Positions 51,598 to 55,908 of a stretch of 55,908 bases of DNA are shown in pieces (position 1 is the first letter of the stretch; the number at the start of each line of letters is the position of its first letter). This stretch comes from Deferribacterales bacterium (lineage in GTDB: Bacteria; Chrysiogenota; Deferribacteres; Deferribacterales; Geovibrionaceae): NCBI GenBank assembly GCA_050253075.1, contig JBFWJS010000005.1, forward strand, positions 206,869 through 262,776. The letters run 5' to 3'. A program made the position numbers and the translations under genes. The notes below the pieces were generated by a model, which saw only the letters and a program-made list of their open reading frames with translations, had not been told where the DNA came from and did no database searches.

Positions 51598-51712
51598 CGG
51601 GTCGCACAGCCTGAACAAGTACAGGCTTACTCCCACTCCGTTTAACCCTCCGCAGAGCAGCTCTGCGTCGGCTCACTCCGTGAGGCACATCCTGTGCCTA
51701 GGAACTTGCTAG
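51598..51712. repeat. Three-hairpin palindromic element
   Basis: Inverted repeats AGCCTG/CAGGCT, CGCAGAGC/GCTCTGCG and AGGCAC/GTGCCT; CACTCCGT occurs twice. Confidence 0.55.
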
Positions 51713-51738
51713 AAAAGCAATATTATTGACTAAAGCTA

Positions 51739-51771
51739 AGATTACTTCGTCATCAGATTCCTCGTAATGAC
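51739..51771. repeat. Solitary REP-like half element
   Basis: AGATTACTTCGTCATCAGATTCCTCGTAATGAC matches the right arms of the other doublets. Confidence 0.65.
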
Positions 51772-51790
51772 GCTTAACATTATTATGTTA

Positions 51791-51908
51791 TGCTTAAGTA
51801 TTTTCTTCTTTTGAGCAGGAAAAGCGAGTGGTCAAGCGGAGTGTGCTTACTGCACATGAGCATTGACCCAATGAGCTTTGACGCACTCAAAAAAGAAAAG
51901 ACTAAGCA
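51791..51908. repeat. Long rod-shaped palindromic element
   Basis: Nested imperfect inverted repeats: TGCTTA..TTTTGAG/CTCAAAA..TAAGCA, AAAGC/GCTTT, GGTCAA/TTGACC, TGTGC/GCACA. Confidence 0.6.
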
Positions 51909-51910
51909 GA

Positions 51911-52909
51911 TTATACGTATTCGTCCTCTTCTCCGCCGCCGATACTGATAACCCCTTCCTCGTCGAGCTCACGCACAATGGCGACGATCTCGTGCTGGGC
52001 TTTTTCCACCTCTTTCAGCTTGATAGGACCCATGTATTCCATCTCTTCCTTCATGGTCTCTACAGCACGGGAAGACATGTTTTTGAAGAAACGCTCCTGT
52101 GTCTCCGGGTCTGTACCCTTGAGAGCCAGTGTAAGAGCTTTCTTGTCTGCTTTCTTAAGAATTTCCTGCAGAGCAACATCGTTGAGAGCCTTGATATCCT
52201 CGAATACGAACATCATATCGCGGATAGCCTGTACCAGTTCGGGGTCTTCCTTCTCCAGTTTGTCCAGAGTGGATTTGCTGGTGACTCTGTCCATACGGTT
52301 GAATATCTCCGCAACGGATTTAACACCGCCGACCTCAACATTGTAGGACGAGAGCGACTCGAACCTTTCCTCGAGAACTCTTGCCAGCGTTTTAACAACG
52401 GACGGCGAGATGTCCTGAAGGTTTGATATACGCAGGGTAATGTCCGCCTGCATATCGTCAGGGAGCTGAGCCAGAGACTCTGCCGCCTGTGACGGGTCGA
52501 GGTGGGCAAGGATAAGAGCGATTGTCTGCGGGTGCTCTGTCTGTATGAATTTCGCAAGCTGTTTCGGGTCGATCTTCGCAAGGAAGTCGAAGCCTGAAGA
52601 CTGCTCGAGCATCTTGGTGAGACGGTCGATGATCTTTCTCGCACGTTCAGGTCCGAGAGACTTAACAAGGACAGACTTCGCATAGTCCAGACCGCCTTTG
52701 GCGATGAACTTTTTAGCGAGCATCATGTTGTAGAAGTCTTCGATGTATTCATCCATTTTTTCAGGAGATACGATCTTTGTAGTGGCTATCTCTTTCGTCA
52801 GCTCACTAACTTCATCTTCGTCAAGGGCAGCAAGCACGGGGGATGTGACATCCTCACCCAGTGCGATCATAATGGCCGCTGCTCTTTTAAGCCCGTCTTC
52901 GCTCATCAT
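51911..52909 (-). CDS. fliG: Flagellar motor switch protein FliG
   Basis: GG.DYA, EHPQ, GGVK, MFVFED, MSSRA. Confidence 0.96.
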   Translation of the reverse strand: MMSEDGLKRAAAIMIALGEDVTSPVLAALDEDEVSELTKEIATTKIVSPEKMDEYIEDFYNMMLAKKFIAKGGLDYAKSVLVKSLGPERARKIIDRLTKMLEQSSGFDFLAKIDPKQLAKFIQTEHPQTIALILAHLDPSQAAESLAQLPDDMQADITLRISNLQDISPSVVKTLARVLEERFESLSSYNVEVGGVKSVAEIFNRMDRVTSKSTLDKLEKEDPELVQAIRDMMFVFEDIKALNDVALQEILKKADKKALTLALKGTDPETQERFFKNMSSRAVETMKEEMEYMGPIKLKEVEKAQHEIVAIVRELDEEGVISIGGGEEDEYV

Positions 52910-52912
52910 GGC

Positions 52913-54580
52913 CTAGTTGTCTCCTCTCATCAGACTCTTAAGCAGGCTAGCCATTGCTTCAGGGTCTTCAGCTGCAAATTCTTCTATCTTTTTAAGCATA
53001 ACTTTCGATTTAACTGTATCGACATCCATAGGCGAGCTCTCTTCCAGCTCGGATTCGATCTCTTTCTCCAGCTCTTCGAGGGTTTTCGGATATGTGTCGT
53101 CGAGCTTTATGTCGATACCCATATCCCCGTCGAGGTGTCCGTATGTGATGGAGCCGTCTTCGTGTACGGTGACGGGCTTGTCGAGTCTTTTAAGTATCCT
53201 GCGGATAACGAGGAAGTAGAATATTATGATGATGAGTGCCGCAAGCAGATACTTCGATATCATCCCTACGAGTTCCATAGTTCTCTCCCTCTTCTGGGTG
53301 TCGTATTCGGCATCTCTGCTGGTGGTGTCGAAGGATATATTTGTCACTTCGATCTGGTCGCCTCTCGGCTCATTGTAGCCCACAGCCATCGCAACAAGGT
53401 TTCTGATAGAGCGCATCTCGTCGTCTGTCCTGCGCTGGTTGACTATCTCGCTCTGCCCCTGATCGTTGTTCTGCCTTACCTTACGGTCGTCTACGACAAC
53501 AGCCACAGTGACACGCTCGATTGTGCCGTATGCCTTCTGCTCTACCGTAACTGTTTTATTTATCTCAAAGTTCTGTGTTTCTTCTGCTTTATTATATTCC
53601 TGATTACGCCCGCCTGCGCCTATATCAGGCTCTGCGAGGTTAGACTGTACGCCGGGGATCCCCTGCGGGCCGTCGGGTTTGTTTGTGCTGTTTATTTCAA
53701 GTGACTGCTGTGAACGGAGCACAGGCGTGTCGCCGAATTCTTCTTTTGTGATGTCTCTTTTGGCAAAGTCTATCTCTGCCGTGACCTTTGCCACTGCATT
53801 GCCTTTGCCGAGGGTCGCACCGAGTATCTCGTTTACTTTTGTCTCGAGGTCACGCTCGACCTTTTTGGTGTATTCGAGCTGGGTCTGGGTCATCATCAGC
53901 GGAGCATTCTCCTCATCGAGGAATTCGCTCAGCAGACGCCCCTGCGTGTCTACTATCTGGACATTTTCAGGGGTCAGCCCTTTCACTGAGCCTGACACAA
54001 GGGATGCGATAGCACGTACCTGATCTCTGCCGAGGGTGTTTCCTCCGCGCAGGCGCAGCACTACGGCAGCCTTTGATGCTTCTTCATCTGCTATGAAAAG
54101 TCTGTCTTTAGGAACGGTAAGGTGAACTCTGGCCTCCTGTATCTCTTTAAGTGAAGAGATAGTACGGGCAAGTTCCCCCTGCAGGGCACGCTGATAGCTG
54201 ACATCCTGCATGAATTCTGTCATACCGAAGCTGGATTTATCGAATAGTTCAAGGCCTGCACCGCCGCCTCTGGGGATACCCTCTTTGGCAAGGTTCAGTC
54301 TTGTTTCATAGACGTACTGGTCGGGTATGGTGATCTTCGCACCATTCTCCTCAATACGATAAGGTATGCGCTGTTCTTTTAGGTTTTCAACCACAAGGGC
54401 AGCGTCATCCTGCGTCATACCTGCGAAAAGTGTCTTATATACGGGCCTGTTTGCCCAGTAGACAATGACCGTTACTGATATAAAAACAGCCGCCAGTGCG
54501 GCGGCCACTGATATCTTCTGTAATAAAGACAGCTTTAAGAATGTATCTTTAAACTGGGAAACCACATCACTGAGAGCCAT
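52913..54580 (-). CDS. fliF: Flagellar M-ring protein
   Basis: GLELFD, YQRALQGELARTI, ARVHL, GIPGVQSN, RGD; two TM helices. Confidence 0.96.
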   Translation of the reverse strand: MALSDVVSQFKDTFLKLSLLQKISVAAALAAVFISVTVIVYWANRPVYKTLFAGMTQDDAALVVENLKEQRIPYRIEENGAKITIPDQYVYETRLNLAKEGIPRGGGAGLELFDKSSFGMTEFMQDVSYQRALQGELARTISSLKEIQEARVHLTVPKDRLFIADEEASKAAVVLRLRGGNTLGRDQVRAIASLVSGSVKGLTPENVQIVDTQGRLLSEFLDEENAPLMMTQTQLEYTKKVERDLETKVNEILGATLGKGNAVAKVTAEIDFAKRDITKEEFGDTPVLRSQQSLEINSTNKPDGPQGIPGVQSNLAEPDIGAGGRNQEYNKAEETQNFEINKTVTVEQKAYGTIERVTVAVVVDDRKVRQNNDQGQSEIVNQRRTDDEMRSIRNLVAMAVGYNEPRGDQIEVTNISFDTTSRDAEYDTQKRERTMELVGMISKYLLAALIIIIFYFLVIRRILKRLDKPVTVHEDGSITYGHLDGDMGIDIKLDDTYPKTLEELEKEIESELEESSPMDVDTVKSKVMLKKIEEFAAEDPEAMASLLKSLMRGDN

Positions 54581-54595
54581 ACACCCTCTCTCATA

Positions 54596-54901
54596 TTATA
54601 TTTGTGTTCTCATGACCTCTTGGTAGGCTTCCATTATTTTATTACGCACTTCAAGCATCATCTTGAGTGAAACGTCAGCCTTCTGCAGTGCAATCATGGT
54701 GGAGTGTATGTCTTTTGTCTCGCCGCTAAGCACTTTCTGAACAGCATCATCAGCTTCAAGCTGAGCGCCGTTCACGTCTTTAAGCGCATCTTTAAGCATA
54801 CTGGAGAAGTCGACACTCGCCTCAGGCTTCTTTTCCTGAGTAGAGCTGACAGTGTCCAGTCTGTTCGGCAGCAAAAAGTTAATGTTGTTGATCTCAGACA
54901 T
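54596..54901 (-). CDS. fliE: Flagellar hook-basal body protein FliE
   Basis: EVRNKIMEAYQEVMR. Confidence 0.95.
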   Translation of the reverse strand: MSEINNINFLLPNRLDTVSSTQEKKPEASVDFSSMLKDALKDVNGAQLEADDAVQKVLSGETKDIHSTMIALQKADVSLKMMLEVRNKIMEAYQEVMRTQI

Positions 54902-54991
54902 ATCTTACACCTGCACAGAGTTTACATGAGAAAACACGTGTATACTCTCTAGTAATATAATATATTTCGGGTGGTTTTTACAACCCATTTA

Positions 54992-55396
54992 TTAAGCTCT
55001 TCCTATTTCAAGTGCTTTCATCGCAAGCTGTTTTGCCGTGTCGAGCACTGTGGTGTTTGCTTCATAGCTTTTTGAGGCCTCGAGCATATTTACCATCTCT
55101 TCTATCGGGTTTATGTTCGGATAAGCCACATAGCCCTCTTCGTCTGCGTCCGGATGTCCGGGCTCATACTTTAATATCGGCGGTTTTTCATCTTTCACAA
55201 CCTCTGTTACCTTAACTCCTCCGGCGAGCTCGCCTTCGAGTATCTGTTTGAAGACGACATCCTGTCTCACGTAGGGGCCGCCGTCTTCTGTTCTGGTTGT
55301 GTGAGTATTTGCAAGGTTTGCAGACACAGAGCTTATTCTTATCCTCTGTGCGCTCATTCCTGTTGCTGCTACGCCTAATATATCAAAAAAGCTCAT
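54992..55396 (-). CDS. flgC: Flagellar basal-body rod protein FlgC
   Basis: NLAN..TT, YEPGHPDA, PNIN..EEM, YEAN. Confidence 0.96.
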   Translation of the reverse strand: MSFFDILGVAATGMSAQRIRISSVSANLANTHTTRTEDGGPYVRQDVVFKQILEGELAGGVKVTEVVKDEKPPILKYEPGHPDADEEGYVAYPNINPIEEMVNMLEASKSYEANTTVLDTAKQLAMKALEIGRA

Positions 55397-55408
55397 GCCC
55401 TATACTCC

Positions 55409-55819
55409 TTACGATCTGCCTGCAATTATGTTTTTCAGCTTAGTGAACTTGCCCGCTGTCATGTCTGATATCATGTTGTAGCGGATAGTGTTTTCTGCCA
55501 TCTGGCTCATCTCGTAGTCTATGTTCACGTCGTTGCCGTCGTTCCTTACGGATGGGTTATTCTGCTGATAAACAAATGCGGAGGGGTCGGCGTCCAGTTC
55601 AGCAGGGGGAAGATGTTTCTCGTTTGTTCTGGCCAAAGGTAATTTTTTCCCGTTATCCAGAATCTCGTTCATCACGTCAAAGAACTCTATGTCCTGAGCT
55701 TTGTATCCGGGAGTGTCGATATTAGCTATGTTTTCCGCTATTACCCTGTTTTTCACGGATGCTGTCTCCAGCGCTGTGCTCAGAGTGCCTATCTTCATCT
55801 TGTCGAATATTCCCTGCAT
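55409..55819 (-). CDS. flgB: Flagellar basal-body rod protein FlgB
   Basis: NIANIDTPGYK, DGNDVNIDYEM; start ATG 55819 behind GGAGG. Confidence 0.95.
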   Translation of the reverse strand: MQGIFDKMKIGTLSTALETASVKNRVIAENIANIDTPGYKAQDIEFFDVMNEILDNGKKLPLARTNEKHLPPAELDADPSAFVYQQNNPSVRNDGNDVNIDYEMSQMAENTIRYNMISDMTAGKFTKLKNIIAGRS

Positions 55820-55843
55820 GGTGTCCTCCGTCACGAATATAGT

Positions 55844-55859
55844 AACAATATCCATGCCA
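55844..55859 (-). promoter_or_regulatory. Putative sigma54 (-24/-12) promoter of flgB
   Basis: TGGCAT-GGATA-TTGTT versus consensus TGGCAC-N5-TTGCW. Confidence 0.55.
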
Positions 55860-55908
55860 AGAAAATCACCCCGAAACAGGAAAAAAAACACACCTTCTTC
55901 ACATTTAC

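Noticed and set aside
51559..51636. N-terminal extension of fliH in the ORF track
   Set aside because: Runs through palindromic repeat DNA; ATG 51558 has an SD-like AGGTGG

Overview
Core chromosomal segment of an anaerobic, flagellated diderm bacterium. Gene style and order suggest Deferribacterota (Denitrovibrio/Seleniivibrio/Geovibrio-like); this is inference only. Contents in order: the 3' part of a large acidic surface protein; an ACT-def-2-hydroxyacid dehydrogenase operon; clpC coupled to a ketopantoate reductase-Nudix fusion; PilZ, lipoprotein and ahpC genes; a HAD/isochorismatase/DUF1007/Ni-Co transporter operon; mnmA plus a LarE-like gene; rplM-rpsI; ffh-rpsP-khpA-rimM-trmD(+SPOUT fusion)-rplS; a Tat-exported VanY-like peptidase coupled to a YihY-cNMP fusion; fadL; tyrS-DUF1015; a prfA-prmC-murA-hisG-bamA-skp-lpxD-fabZ-lpxA-gnnA-like-lpxI-cheX-pilD run; a NemR-like TetR/AhpD-like pair; rho-rpmE; and a flagellar cluster (flgBC, fliEFGHIJ, motE-like) running directly into trmR-like, trhP-like, ligA and ppsR. 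I saw no rRNA, tRNA, CRISPR array, transposase or prophage. The most unusual signals are non-coding: dispersed GTCA..TGAC REP-like doublets (one apparently forming the whole mnmA 5' UTR), a 352-bp fliG-fliH spacer packed with three different palindromic elements, a structured rpmE leader, and two apparently leaderless genes. The unusual coding signals are the PanE-Nudix and YihY-cNMP fusions and the mnmA-LarE-like pair. All protein calls come from motif recognition, not database searches.
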